Of a DNA stretch of 64,000 nucleotides, positions 25,244 through 38,575 are shown piece by piece. Made by a program: the position numbers and the translations under genes. This DNA is from Mobula hypostoma (Eukaryota): assembly GCF_963921235.1 (NCBI RefSeq), contig NC_086097.1, forward strand, positions 169,448,001 to 169,512,000. Reading direction: 5' to 3'. The first letter of the stretch is position 1; the number at the start of each line of letters is the position of its first letter. Under the pieces are notes generated by a model. The model was given only the letters and a program-made list of their open reading frames with translations, did no database searches and was not told the DNA's origin.

Positions 25244-25374
25244 CTGAACTGCAGAATGGGCTTCAGGAAGCTCTTGTCCTTCAGTGTGACCCCTCTGCAT
25301 TCCTGGTGATACAAACTTCTTGAAATAAGCTTCCAGTCTATCATCTTGTAATGTATCTGCATCAAGTTCATCAT
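25244..25374 (-). CDS. CEP192: CEP192 coding exon 6 (acidic PLK4-binding segment)
   Basis: DDELDADTLQDDRLEAYFKKFVSPGMQRGHTEGQELPEAHSAVQ resembles human DDIDDEMFYDDHLEAYFEQLAIPGM...EGPEPPE. CAG/GTAATC sites, 131 nt, phase 1-0. Confidence 0.94.
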
Positions 25375-25428
25375 CTGTTGGAATAATAATTGTGAGATCA
25401 ATCACAATCAATTAAGACAACTGAATTC

Positions 25429-26242
25429 TGGTAGATTCTGGTTAATTGGGACACACCGGGACCAGTACATTTTAGTGCAATTAAGTGGCTGACCTAATTA
25501 GGCAAAGCTTCATGGAAATAGTTAGGAAGGTATTAAAGGACAAACTACCATTTAACTGAATAACAAATTACATATTTAAATAAAATACAGTAACAAATTA
25601 GGACACTTTCAACAGTTCTACAGTACTACAAAACTGTTAGTTTGTAATAATTGACAGAAGAATTTGTCTAGTGTACGTAAGAAACAAAATCAGCACAGAC
25701 ACCTAGCGCAGATAAAGGACTGACTTCATCCGATGCTTTTGATGATTGCATCATCCAGATCTTCATTTTCATTGCAACATTCAAGATGATTGTCAATACT
25801 TTCAAATTCTCTGTCGTTCCCAACTTGAAGTAGTGAAATCATTTCATTTTCACTCCCGGCATTATTTTTTTTTGCATCTCCAAGCCTGAATGCTTGAAAC
25901 CACAGTGAGTAAAACATTTCCGAATAGCCTTACTGCTCATACCTCACTAACTATCACTGACAAAAATTACTGCTTTTTGAATTCAAACACATGTAACTGA
26001 TGCTGCTTAAAAATTGCTTGGTCTAAGCACGATGTAGCATCTAACGGCTACACAAGTGCATGCCACTGACACTAGTTAGGATCTGATCAGCAATAGTCTC
26101 CTGCCCCAACTGAGCAGCAGAGTGCCCCAAATAAATTAAGGGAAACCCAGTTATATTTCCAATTAGCTTTTGTTCTTTAAAAACTGACCCAAGTAAGTGG
26201 TTGACCTGATTAACCAATGACACAATTAACCAGAATCCATTG
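25429..26242 (-). mobile_element. Non-autonomous Tc1/pogo (Tigger-like) DNA element, copy B
   Basis: TIRs GATTCTGGTTAATTGGG and CAATTAACCAGAATCCATTG-TA; homologous to 6515-7340. Confidence 0.7.
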
Positions 26243-26402
26243 TATTTACAAAAGGCAAAAGTGTAAGGAAGGTGAAGGTAACAGCTTTACATTTTGAGTT
26301 ATTAATCCAGAAGGAATGAACCAAAATTTGTTAAAAATACAAAATAACAGACTAAAACAAATAGCACTAACAGAAGCAGAAAAAAGGCAACAGGGAAAGA
26401 AA

Positions 26403-26658
26403 GCAGTAAAACTCCAATAATCTAGTATTTGATTGTTCAGAATGCCAGTGGTCTGGCATCTGGCACTGGGTTCTGTTTCCTGCATTCCCTTTAAACTCAC
26501 CACTCACTGTAATGTTTATTAAACTACTGTGCAAAATTTAGAAACAACACAAACTAAAACTGTGTTGGGGTAATAATACCCGTAAAATCCAATCATCTGG
26601 AAAATCTGCTCATCTGGCACCTTCAAGACTCAAGTATGCTAGATTACCAGATTTACTG
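26403..26658. mobile_element. Possible small Tigger-like MITE
   Basis: CAGTAAAACT...AGATTTACTG-TA ends with degenerate internal inverted similarity. Confidence 0.4.
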
Positions 26659-26854
26659 TAAATGAAAAAGTCTATAAAAATTGGATTTTTTTTTTCCTGA
26701 ACTATGAAACATTTAAATTTGTGTTGCAATGAAGTTTACCAAACCCACAATGAACAACCCTCATTTTTAAAATTTATGATGCATATTTCACATATTACAG
26801 CTCAGTTGCAGTACTGTTACTGTGAGGCAACTGTAACATCTTTATGCACTATAC

Positions 26855-27002
26855 CTGTAGACTGTTCTTCCAAACTTGCCAGTGACAACAGCTTTTCATC
26901 CTCTAACAAACTAGCAAGGCTATCACTATGTCGCCTTGGGCCAAGTTCCTCCTCTGCTCCTCTTGAAGCAGGATAATTTTCAGAGTCCCTCATGGTAGAA
27001 AT
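26855..27002 (-). CDS. CEP192: CEP192 coding exon 5
   Basis: ISTMRDSENYPASRGAEEELGPRRHSDSLASLLEDEKLLSLASLEEQST resembles human SHTSLLENEKLILPTSLEDSS. CAG/GT sites, 148 nt, phase 0-1. Confidence 0.9.
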
Positions 27003-28199
27003 CTGGTGGGTTTAAAAACAAATACTACATATTCAAAATTAAAGCAAATTTAAACCAACAACCCAGTACTGCCGGGACTTTGAAAATCCCACCAGTCTGG
27101 TAATGCTGCACTATCTGATACTAGATTTACTAATACAACAGAAATTTCACTTTTATTTTTACACAATACACAAAAGTATTGTGCTTAAAAGGAAAAGTTA
27201 AGTAAGTTTTATTCGTCACATGTACTTCGAAAAACACAGTGAAATGAGTCATATGCATCAATTCAAATCAGTGAGGATTGTGCCGGGGCAGCCCACAAGC
27301 ATTGCCACACTTCTATGCCAACAGAGTGTGTCTACAACTTACTAACCTTAATACTTATGTCTTTGGAATGCGATAGCACAAACTGGTGCACTTGGAGGAA
27401 ACTTGTACAAGTTCCTTAGACAGCAGCAGGAATCGAACCCCGATCAGTGATCGCTGGCACTATAAAGTGATTACTGGCAGTGCAAAGTGATTGCAAAAAC
27501 TGCTTCGCAACCATGCTGCAGGAATTAGTATGCATCTGATCACAACTACAATGTGTTTCCTCCTATCCCTGTTAGGAACATATCTCTCAACTTTTCATGT
27601 AACACTGCAAGCTCCAATAAATCATTTACTTTCTTCACAACTTTGCATAAACAATTTTTGTTATAGTTGAAGTATTTTGTAGGCCAAATACCCAAGACTC
27701 GAATAGCATGTCATTTAAATTTCACTTGTGGGTCAAACTGACTGCAAATCAAATTGCCAAAAAACTGAAATGGCAACTTGAAACAACTGAAGGATAAATA
27801 TAATATGTCTAGACAATCTCTGAACATTCCATTCTCCAAATAAGCAGCTAGTGCAACTACTTTCAATGCTAAATGTATGTCATAGGTGTTATTATTTTAA
27901 TGCTAAAATAATTAAACAGTGACCATGCGCTGAATTATCTGTAATACAGAAGTGAACAATCAAAAAGACACATATCAAAGCTACAGGAAAAGCATCTCAT
28001 TTTCCAACTTATCATATCCTGGTCAGGAGGTCTGTTGATACTACTTTGTAGAGTTTAAACTAGTTTTGCAGGGGGCTGGGAACCAGAGCCATAGGTTAGC
28101 GAGGGAAGGATCGGACCAAAGGGTTGATGTTAGGGTAAGTACTGAAAGACACAATTGAAATAACAGGTATGATGGGTTAGCCAGTTTGAAGTGCATATA

Positions 28200-29683
28200 C
28201 AGTGCCAGTAAAAAGTATTCACCCCCTTGGAAGTTTTCATGTTTTTTTGTTTTACAACATTAAATCATGGCTTTAATTTGCCTTTTTTTGACACTGATCA
28301 ACAGAAAAAGAACTCTTTGGTGTCAAAGTAAAAACAGATCCCTACAAAGTGATCTGAATTAATTGCAAATATAAAACACAAAATAATTGATTGCATAAGT
28401 ATGACACACCAAGTCATCACTGGTGTAGTTAACTGGTTTTAGAAGTCACATAATTAGTTAAATGGAGACTGTTTCTGGAGACCTGTGTGCACTCATGATG
28501 TTTCAATCGATGTAGTAAAAATACACCTGTATCTGGAAGGTTCAACTGCTTATGAATTCGTATCCTGGCAAAAACTACAACATGACGACAAAAGGAACAC
28601 TCCAAACTCTGCGTAAAGGTTATTGGGAAGCACAGTCAGAAGATGGATACAAGAAAATTTCCAAGTCACTGAATATCGCTTGGAGTACAGTTAAGTCAAT
28701 CATCAAGAAATGGAAAGAATATGTAAAGCTGTAAATCTGCCTTGAGCAAGCTGTCTTCAAAAACTGAGTGACTAGAGGGTCTAGTGAGGGAGGCCACTAA
28801 GAGACCTATGACAACTCTGGAAGAGTTACAAGCTTCAGTAGCCGAGATGGGAGACTGCGCATACAACTGTTGCCCGGGTCTTCACCAGTCGCAATTTTAT
28901 GGAAAAGTGGCAAAGAGAAAGCCACATCTCAGTTAGAGTTTGCTAGAAGGCATGTGGGAGACTCTAAAGTCAGTTGAAAGAAGGTTCTATGGTCTGATGA
29001 AACCAAAATTGAGCTTTTTGGCCATCAGACTAAACGTTATGTTTGGTGCAAGCCAAACACCGCACATCATTAGAAACACACTATCCCTACTGTGAAAAAT
29101 GGTGGTGGCTGCATCATGCTGTGGGATGCTTCACTGCAGTAGGCCCTGGAAGGCTTGTGAAGGTAGAGGGTAAAAAGAATGCAACAAAACACAGGGAAAT
29201 CCTGGAGGAAAACCTGATGCAGTCTGCAAGAGAACTGCGACTTGGGAGACTTGTTTTCCAGCAAGACAATGACCCCAAGCATAAAGCCAAAGCTATAAAG
29301 AATGGCTTAAAAACAACTAAGTTAATGTCCTGGAGTGGCCAAGTCAGAGTCCAGACCTCAATCCAATTGAGAATTTGTGGGTGGACTTGGAAAGGGCTGT
29401 TCACTCACGATCCCCATGCATTCTGACAGAGCTTGAGCAGTTTTGTAAAGAAGAATTGGGGAAACATTGCAGTGTCCAGGTGTGCAAAGCTGACCTATCC
29501 ACACAGACTAAGGCTGTATTTGCCAAAGGTGCATCTACTAAATACTGACTTGAAGGGAGTATTTATGCAATCAATTATTTTTGTGTTTAGTAATATTTGT
29601 TGATTAAATCCACTGTGATTCAATGTTGTAAAACAATAAAACATGAAAACTTCCAAGGGGCTGAATACTTTTAATAGGCATTG
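28200..29683 (+). mobile_element. Tc1-family DNA transposon with transposase pseudogene (about 28582-29550)
   Basis: TA TSD. Long TIRs (CAGTGCC..AAAAGTATTCACCCCCTTGGAAGTTTTCAT). HTH GYKKISKSL and catalytic motifs [28 protein letters not shown], with frameshifts. Confidence 0.93.
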
Positions 29684-29685
29684 TA

Positions 29686-30430
29686 GATCGGTTGGGCAGA
29701 GAAATGGCAGATGCAGCTTAACCCAGATAAATGTGAGGCGCTGCACTATGGCAAGGCAAATGCAAGGAGACAGTACACTGTTAAGGGCAAAAACCCTTAA
29801 TGGTGTTGCTGAGCAGAGAGATCTTGGGATCCCAGCTCATAGCTCCTTAGAAGTGGCTACACAGGTTGATAAGGTGGTTAAGGCAGCTTACGGAATGCTT
29901 GCTTTTATTCGTCGAGACATTTTCAAAAGTCAAAAGATCACGTTGCAAATTCATAAAAAACTTGTTAGGAGTATTTCATACAGTTCTGGTTACCTCACTT
30001 TTGGAAGGATTTTGAGGCTCTGGAGGAGGTACAGAAGAGGTTTACCAGGATGCTGCCTGGTTTAGAGAGCATGTGCTGTCTTGAGAGGGTGGATAAACTC
30101 GGGTTGTTTTCTCTGGAGCACCAGAGGCTGAGGGGAGATCTGACAGAGGTTTAAGACTGAGAGGCACAGACAGAGCAGACAGGGAGTATCTGTTTCCCAG
30201 GTTTGAAATGTCTCATACCAGAAGGCATACATTGAAGGTGAGAAGGAGTAGGTTCAAGGGGGATGTGAGGGGTAAGCTTTTTTTTTAAAAAAACTGAGTT
30301 GTGGATACCTGGAATGTGTTACCTGCTATGGTAGTAGAGGCAAATACTTTTTGACATGCTTTATAGCTGGTTCAGCACAACACCGCAGGCCAAATGGCCT
30401 GTTCTTGTGCTGTACTGTTCTCTGTTCTAT
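29686..30430 (+). mobile_element. CR1 LINE 3' fragment
   Basis: EQRDLGI...VATQVDKVVKAAYGMLAFI motif and CR1-type 3' tail. Confidence 0.8.
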
Positions 30431-31039
30431 TACGATTCTAAGCTGAACAGCAATCTGACCTAACACTGAATCTAACAATTTCAAGTACACAGCCCTCACA
30501 GTACACTTCACAAGTGGCTGATTCTGAATGAAGTCATCAAGTACTAATATGAACTCTGTAATACTCTCTCCAGGTCTGTTGAAAATTTTCATCAGATTTT
30601 GTTTCTGACTGTCAGTATGTGTTGTGGTTTGCATCCAATAGTCCCAGAACTGCTAGTTTTATTTCTTTGGTTTTCATTAGTTTACATTTATACCTCATCT
30701 GAACAGGTCAGCTGCAAAAAGCAAGCTGCCACCGCTCTCTCAGCTGGAACTACCAGTTGGCATTGAGCCTCTCTTGTTATCTGCCCTGTCACAGATTTTC
30801 CCTTAGATCTCTCCTTTCGCCTACCCCTTGCCTTGCAATCGAAAACCTGTTTTTAAAACTTTACTCAGTAGATGAAAGGACAGTGACCTGAAAGATTAAT
30901 TGTTTCTCTCTCTCTGCACAGATGTAGCCTGATTTGCTCAGTATTTCATTTATTTTAAAATAACAGGAGTTGAATTTAAAATAGACTATGATTCATTTTC
31001 TAAAAAAAAACACAAAAAAAAGACATTCTCTGCAATTAC

Positions 31040-31095
31040 CTCGTTTCTCTTATTGCTGGTATGGTCAGTCAAAGTACTTGACCCAGAAGAAATAT
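31040..31095 (-). CDS. CEP192: CEP192 coding exon 4 (short)
   Basis: DISSGSSTLTDHTSNKRNE. TTTTTGCAG acceptor, GTAATT donor. Its 56 nt convert phase 1 to phase 0, exactly as the flanking exons require. Confidence 0.72.
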
Positions 31096-31164
31096 CTGCA
31101 AAAACAAGCAGCTCATTTTTAGTAAATATCATCTTTATGAATATACCAAGACCATATGACAAAG

Positions 31165-31318
31165 GAGTGTGGTGCGTGGCCAAGTGGTTAGGACGTTGGA
31201 CTCGCAATCTGAAGGTCGTGGGTTCGAGCTTCGGCCGGGGCAGCGTGTGTGTCCTTGTGCAAGGTACTTAACCACACAATGCTCCAGTCTACCGAGCTGA
31301 GAATGGGTACCAGCAAGG
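31165..31318 (+). mobile_element. tRNA-derived SINE
   Basis: A box TGGCCAAGTGG and B box GGTTCGAGC, followed by a CORE-like TGTGTCCTTGTGCAAGGTACTTAACC segment. No proper tRNA acceptor stem. Confidence 0.7.
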
Positions 31319-31335
31319 CTCGTGACAGACTTTAA

Positions 31336-34300
31336 TAAGACATAGGAGCAGAATTAGGCTATTTGGCCCATACAAGTCTGCTCCACCATTTATTCATGGC
31401 TGACCCTTTACTCCTCTCCTCAGCCCCACTCCCCAGCCTTCTCCCATAACCTTTGATCCGTGTCCAATCAAGAACCCATCAAGCTCCCACCGACCTGACC
31501 TCCACAGGTGCCTGCGGTAATAAATTCCACAAATTCACCACCCTCTGGCTAAAGAAATTTTTCCACATCTCTGTTTTAAATGGACATCCCTCTATCCTGA
31601 GGCTGTGCCCTCTTGTCCTAGACTCAGCCACTACAGGAAACATCCTTTCCACATCTACTTCGTCTTGGTCTTTCAACATTCAAAAGGTTTCAATCCCATC
31701 ACCCCCCATCCTTTTAAATTCCACCGAGTACAGAACAAGAGCTATCAAACGTTCCTCATATGATCACCTTTCATTCCTGGAATCATCCTTGTGAACCTCC
31801 TCCAGACCTGCTCCAATGCCAGCACATCTTTTCTAAGATGCGGGGCCCAAAACTGTTCACAATACTCAAGGTCAGACCTCACCAATGCCTTATAAAGCCT
31901 CGGCATCACATCCTTGCTCTTATATTCTAGACCTCTTGAAATGAATGCTCACATTGCATTTGCCTTCCTCACCACTGACTCACATGCAAGTTAACGTTTA
32001 GAGTGTTCTGCACAAGGACTCCCAAGTCAGATTTTTGGATTTTCTCTGTTTAGAAAATAGTCTACATATTCACTTCTTCTACCAAAGTGCATGACCATGT
32101 ATTTTCCAACATTGTATTTAATTTGCCACTCTCTTGCCCATTCCCTTAATCTAAGTCCTTCTGCATCCTACCTGTTTCCTCAACACCACCTGCCTCTCCA
32201 CCCATCTTCATAGCGTCTGCAAGCTTAGCAACAAAGCCATCTATTCCATCATCTAAATCATTAATACACAGCATAAAAAGCAGTCCCAACACTGAACCCT
32301 GTGGAACACCACTAGTCACTGGCAGCCAACCACAAAAGGATCCTTTTATTCCCACTCATTGCCTCCCTTCAATCAGCCCATGCTCTAACCATGTTTGAAA
32401 CTTTCCTGTAATACCATGGCTCTTAACTTGGTAAGCAGCCTCATGTGTGGCACCTTGTCAAAGGCCTTCTGAAAGTTCAAATATACAACATCCACTGCAT
32501 CTTCTTATCTAACCTACCTGTAATCTCCTCAAAGAATTCCAACAGATTCGTCAGGCATGATTTTCCCTGAAGGAAACATGCTGACTTTGCACTATCTTGT
32601 CCTATGTCACCAAGTACTCAATCACCTCATCCTTAACAATTGACTAACAGCTTCCCAACCACTGAGGTCAGGCTAACTGGTCTATAATTTCCTTTCTGCA
32701 GTCTTCCTCCTTTCTTAAAGAGTGGATTAACATTTGCATTTTTCTAGTCCTTTGGCACCATGCTAGAGTCCAATAATTTTTTGAAAGATCATTAACTAAT
32801 GCCTCCACAATCTCGACTGCTATCTCTTTTAGAACCGCAGTGTGCAATTCATCTGGCCCTGGTGACATAGGTACCCTTAGGTCTTTCAGCTGTTTGAGCA
32901 CCATCTCCCTGTAATAGCAACTGCACTCACTTCTCTTCCCTCACACTCTTCAATATCTGGCACACTGCTCGTATCTTCCTCAGTGAAGACTGATGCAAAA
33001 TACTCATTTAGTTCATCAGCCATTTCCTTGTCCTCGGTTATTATTTCTCCAGCCTCACTTTCCAGCGATCTTATATCCGCTCACAACTCTTTTACTTATT
33101 TGTTTATAATATACTTGGAAAAGCTTTTACTATCCACTTTGAGCAACACACATCAAAGTTGCTGGTGAACGCAGCAGGCCAGGCAGCATCTCTAGGAAGA
33201 GGTACAGTCGACGTTGCGGGCCGAGACCCTTCGTCAGGACTAACTGAAGGAAGAGCTAGTAAGAGGTTTTAAAGTGGAAGGGGTAGCGGGAGATCCAAAA
33301 TGATAGGAGAAGACAGGAGGGGGAGGGATGGAGCCAAGAGCTGGACAGGTGATTGGCAAAAGGGATATGAGAGGATCATGTGACAGGAGGTCCGGGAAGA
33401 AGGAAAAGGGGAAGGGGGGGGAACCCAGAGGATGGGCAAGGGGTATAGTCAGAGGGACAGAGGGAGAAAAAGGAGAGAGAGAGGAAGAATGAATGTGTGT
33501 ATATAAATAAATAACGGATGGGGTACGAGGGGGAGGTGGAGCATTAGCAGAAGCTAGAAAAGTCCATGTTCATGCCATCAGGTTGGAGGCTACCCAGATG
33601 GAATACAAGGTGTTGTTCCTCCAACCTGAGTGTGGCTTCATCTTTACAGTAGAGGAGGCCGCGGATAGACATATCAGAATGGGAATGGGATGTGGAATTA
33701 AAATGCGTGGCCACTGGGAGATCCTGCTTTCTCTGGTGGACAGAGCGTAGGTGTTCAGCAAAACCATCTCCCAGTCTGCGTCGGGTCTCACCAATATATA
33801 AAAGGCCACATCGGGAGCACCGAATGCAGTATATCACCCCAGCCGACTCACAGGTGAAGTGTCGCCTCACCTGGAAGGACTGTCTGGGGCCCTGAATGGT
33901 GGTAAGGGAGGAAGTGTAAGGGCATGTGTAGCACTTGTTCCGCTTACAAGGATAACAGACTGGGAGATCGTTTTGCTGAACACCTACACTCTGTCCGCCA
34001 GAGAAAGCAGGATCTCCCAGTGGCCATGCATTTTAATTCCACATCCTATTCCCATTCTGATATGTCTATCCACAGCCTCCTCTACTGTAAAGATGAGGCC
34101 ACACTCAGGTTGGAGGAATAACACCTTATATTCCATCTGGGTAGCCTCCAACTTGATGGCATGAACATTGACTTCTCTAACTTCCGCTAATGCCCCACCT
34201 CCCTCTCGTACCCCATCCGTTATTTATTTATATACACACATTCTTTCTCTCTCCCTCTCTCCTTTTTCTCCCTCTGTCCCTCTGAATATATCCCTTGCCC

Positions 34301-36340
34301 ATCCTCTGGGTTCCCCCCCCCCTTCTCCCTGGGCCTCTTGTTCCATGATCCTCTCATATCCCTTTTGCCAATCACCTGTCCAGCTCTTGGCTCCATCCCT
34401 CCCCCTCCTGTCTTCTCCTATCATTTTGGATCTCCCCCTCCCCCTCCCAAATCTCTTGCTAGCTCTTCCTCCAGTTAGTCCTGATGAAGGGTCTCGGCCC
34501 AAAACGTCGACTGTACCTCTTCCTAGAGATGCTGCCTGGCCTGCTGCGTTCACCAGCAACTTTGATGTGTGTTGCTTGAATTTCCAGCATCTGCAGAATT
34601 CCTCGCGTTTACGTTTTTACTATCCACATTGATATTGTTTGCTAGCTTGCTTTCATATTTCATCTTTTCCCTCCTAACAAGTCTTCTAGTTGCTCTCTGT
34701 AGGGTTTTAAAGCTTTCCAATTCTTTGTCTTCCCACTAATTTGTGCTTTGTTGTATGCCCTTTCTTTTGCTTTTACATTAGCTTTGACTTCCCTTGTCAG
34801 CCATGGTTTTACTATTTTGCCATTGAGTATTTCTTTGTTTTTGGAATACAACTATCCTGCATCTTCCCCGTTTTTTCCCCAGGAACTCATGCTATTGCTG
34901 CTCTGTTGACATCCCTGCCAGCATCTCCTTCCAATTTACTTCAGCCAACTCCTCTCTCCTACCGATGTAATTTCCTTTACTCTACTGAAATACTGATACG
35001 TCAGACTTTACTTTCTCCATACCAAATTTCAAGTTAAACTCAGTCATATTGTGATCACTGTCTCCTAAGGGTTCTTTTAAGTTAAGATCCCTTATTACTT
35101 CCGATTCATTACAGAACACTCAATCCAGTATAGTTAATCCTCTAGTAGGCTCAATGACAAACTGCTCTAAAAAACCATTTTGTAGGCATTCAAAAAACTC
35201 ACTCTCGAGTTCCATTTCCAAACTAACTTTCCAAATTGACCTGCATGTTAAAATCTCCCATGACTATCATAACATTGTCCTTTTGACATGCCTTTTCTAT
35301 TTCCTATTGTAATCTGTGGTGCACATCCTAGCTACTGTTGGGAGGCCTGTAGATAACTGTCATTTTACCTTTGACGTTTCTTGACTCAGCCCACAAGGAT
35401 TCAACATCTTCTGATCCTATGTCACATCTTTCTTCTGATTTGATGTCATTCTTTACCAGCAGAGAGCAATGCCACCCTCTCTGCCTACCTTCCAATCCCT
35501 CCGATACAACATATAACCTCGGACATTCAGTTCCTAACTACAACCATTCTTCAGCCATGATTCAGTAATGACCACAACATCATACTGGACAATCTGTAAT
35601 AGTGCAACAATATCAGCCACCTTTATTTCATGTACTCCATGCATTGAGATATATCACAGAGTACCGTATTTGCTATCCTTTTTGATTCTGCATCCCTCAT
35701 GCACTGACACTCACCCTGCTGGCTGCAATTATATCCCGTCATCTGCCTGCCATTCCTGACAGTCTGACTGCACGCCATCTTTGCTTACCATCCGTCCTAT
35801 CTGGAGTCTCTTCACTACGGTTCCCACCCCCCTGCCAAATTAGTTTAAACCCTCCACAACAACTCTAAGAAACCTGCTGCGAGAATATTGGTTCCCCTTG
35901 TATTCAAGTGCCACCCACCACTTTTGAACAGGTCATACCTTCCCCCAGAAAAGTTCCCAATGATCCAAGAATCTGAAGCCCTGCCCCCTGCACCAGTTTC
36001 TCAGGCACACATTAGTTTGCCCAATCGTCCTGTTCCTACCCTCACAGGCACATGGCACAGGCAGCAATCCCAGAAATTACTACCCAGGAGGTCCTGCTTC
36101 TCAGCTTTCTACCTAGCTCTCTAAATTCTCTTTTCAGCACCCTTGTTGTTTCTGTATCCCCAATGCACTGATACTCACCCTGCTTTCTGCAATTATGTCC
36201 GACCATCTGCCTGCCCTTCCTGACAGTCTGCACGTTATCTTTGCTTTTTTACCATCTGTCCTATCCCGAGTCCCTTCACTCCGGTTCCTACCCTCTGCCA
36301 ACCCTCCCCAACAGCTCTAACAAACCTGCCAGCAAGAATA
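31336..36340 (-). mobile_element. Degraded near-full-length CR1 LINE, interrupted by PLE #4
   Basis: RT motifs GVPQGSVLG and MSPGPDE, EN and ORF1 remnants. 36160-36340 repeats 35700-35890. Confidence 0.85.
33143..34614. mobile_element. PLE fold-back element #4, long form with GIY-YIG endonuclease fragments on both arms
   Basis: ORF 33544-33870(-) TCESAGVIYCIRCSRCGLLYIGETRRRLGDGFAEH...PVATHFN (GIY-YIG), mirrored on + at about 33957-34190. TSD TTTTACTATCCAC(T/A)TTGA at 33125-33142 and 34615-34632. Confidence 0.92.
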
Positions 36341-36599
36341 TTGAAATAGCAGATATTTCAATTTACTCACAGAATATGATTGCAGTCCAAGTCCTGTATT
36401 TATTTTTTGTTCAGTCTATCTTTAGGTAGTAGCTGAACATTGTCTTTAAATGCTATTGCTACACAATGCTATAAACACCTGGTGATGTGGTGGATTACTG
36501 AACCAACCATTTTAGTCAAGGACAGAAGTCACACTGGACAAGGTCATGTGAACCAATCCTCTTCATTTCCTATTATTACTTCTATTAGTAGATATTTTT

Positions 36600-38575
36600 C
36601 AAAGTATATTAATTATGAAAGCACATATATGTCATTATATACTACCCTGAGATTTATTTTCTTGTGGGCTAACAACCAGAGTGCAAAAGACAACAAATTG
36701 TGCAAATAAAAAATAAAGACCAGAATAGTAATAATAAATATTGAGAACACAAGTTGTCGATTCCTTGAAGGTGAGTCCATAGATTACAGAAATCAATTCA
36801 GTGTTGGGCGAATTAATTATCCTCTCTGGTTCAAGAGTCTGATGGTCAAGGGGTAATAACTGTTCCTGAACCTGCACCTGAGGCTCTGAAATCTCCTTCC
36901 TGATGGCAGCAACGAGAAGGGAGCATGGCCTAGATGGTTGGGGTCCTTGATGATGGATGTTGCTTTCCTGCGATAGTGCTTCTTGCAGATGTGCTCAATG
37001 GTGGGGAGTGTTTTACTTGTGATGGAATGGGTTTTATCCACAACCTTTTGTAGGCTTTTCTGTTCAAAGGCATTGGTGTTTCCATACCAGGCTATGATGC
37101 AACCAGTCAATATACTCTCTACCACACATCTGCAGAAATTTGTCGAAGTTTTGGATGTCATGCCGAATCTTTGCAAACTTCTAAGGAAGTAAAGGTGCTG
37201 CCTTGCTTCCTTCATAATTACACATGTGCTGGGACCAAAACAGGTCCTCTGAAATAACACTGAGGAATTTAAAGTTGCTAACCTTCTCCTCCCTTGATTC
37301 CCTGATGAGGACTAGCTCATGGACCTCCTGTTTCCTCCTCCAGAAGAGAATAATCTATTCCTTGGTCAAAGTTCAGCCTGATTTTCAGTCCCTCTCCTAG
37401 ATGCCGATTCACTGTCATCTTTGATTCGGCCAAAAGCAGTGTTGTCGAATATGGCATTTGAGCTGTACTTAGCCAGAGTTTCAGTATCCCACCTATATAC
37501 TGATTTGTCACCATCTTTTGTTCAGGCAGTGACAGCAAACTTAAATATGGCACTGAAGCTGTGCTTGGTCTCACAGTCATAAGTATTGTAAGGGGGTTTC
37601 GATTTTTATGTTACTGCGGAGGCTAATTAAACTGGCGTCTTTGTTATGTTAATCTGGGGAATGCGGCTTTGTTGTCTTAAACACTGAGAAAGTTTGCGCT
37701 AGCAGCTTGTTGTGGTTTAGAGGGTGATAAGAAATACGTTATTAACCAATTGGGATAGTTGTTATGGTTTTGGTGTATTTGAAGATACTGTTTGCGAGGG
37801 GGTTTTGGGAGCAGAAGGCGGGAGAGCGAGACAGAGGATGGACGAGGTGCTGTGAGTCCGCTAACTGGGTCGGATCCCAAGCGGGACATTCGGCAAGGAG
37901 ACGGAGACGGAGACGGATTCGTGTGGAGCGTCTGGTCGACCACCGTTGTTGGTCCCAGGCGGCCGGTTGAGGTGGTCCGAGGTGTCGCAGTGTGAAGGTG
38001 GTCCTTGAGCTCCAACGGTTTTTTTTTGTGCACGAAGAGATTGAACTTTGATAAGTGTGGCGCCTTTTATTTTCCTTTTATATTTTATTCTCTTTTAATT
38101 ATATAGTTCCAGTAATATCTATAAACTGTATATCATTTAATTGCATCTGGTGTATTGTCTGTTATTTGGGCGGGGCGGGGTACCTCACACAGCATCCACA
38201 CAAACGAATTACCCAGTTTGGCGGGGCCGAGGCTGTTTCCCTAGATGACAGCGAGCTGAGCGACCCTGAGGGTGGCCAGGGGGGCTACAGTATAAACCAA
38301 GTAGAGCAGAGGGCTAAGCACACAGCCTTGTAGTGCACCTGTGCCAATAGTGATGGTGGAGATGTTGTTGCCAATCGGAACTGGCTGGGATCTGCAAGTG
38401 AGGAAATTGAGGATCAGGATGCACAAGAAGGTATTGAGGCCCAGGACTTCGAGCTTATTGATTAGTTTTGAGGGGATGACAGTGTTGAATGTGGAGCTGC
38501 AGTCAATGAAGAGCAACCTAATGTATGCACCTTCACTGTCCAAATGTTGAAAGGTTAAATGAAGAGACACCACTA
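36600..38575 (-). mobile_element. Rex1/Babar-like LINE fragment interrupted by a solo LTR
   Basis: YIRLLFIDCSSTFNTV, GALQGCVLSPLLY and ARQHLYFLRSL motifs. Confidence 0.8.
37587..38289. mobile_element. Solo LTR (703 bp, CpG-rich, probably Gypsy)
   Basis: TGTA...TACA ends. 4-bp TSD GTAT at 37583-37586 and 38290-38293. Splits the host LINE cleanly. Confidence 0.8.

Noticed and set aside
30326..30700. Minus-strand ORF (…NRPGESITEFIL…) as an extra CEP192 exon
   Set aside because: No clean splice pair, and the neighbouring exons already join in phase. The peptide looks more like a decayed gag motif, but too weakly to call.
31165..31240. Functional tRNA gene
   Set aside because: A and B boxes are present, but there is no proper acceptor stem or terminator, and the sequence continues into a SINE body.
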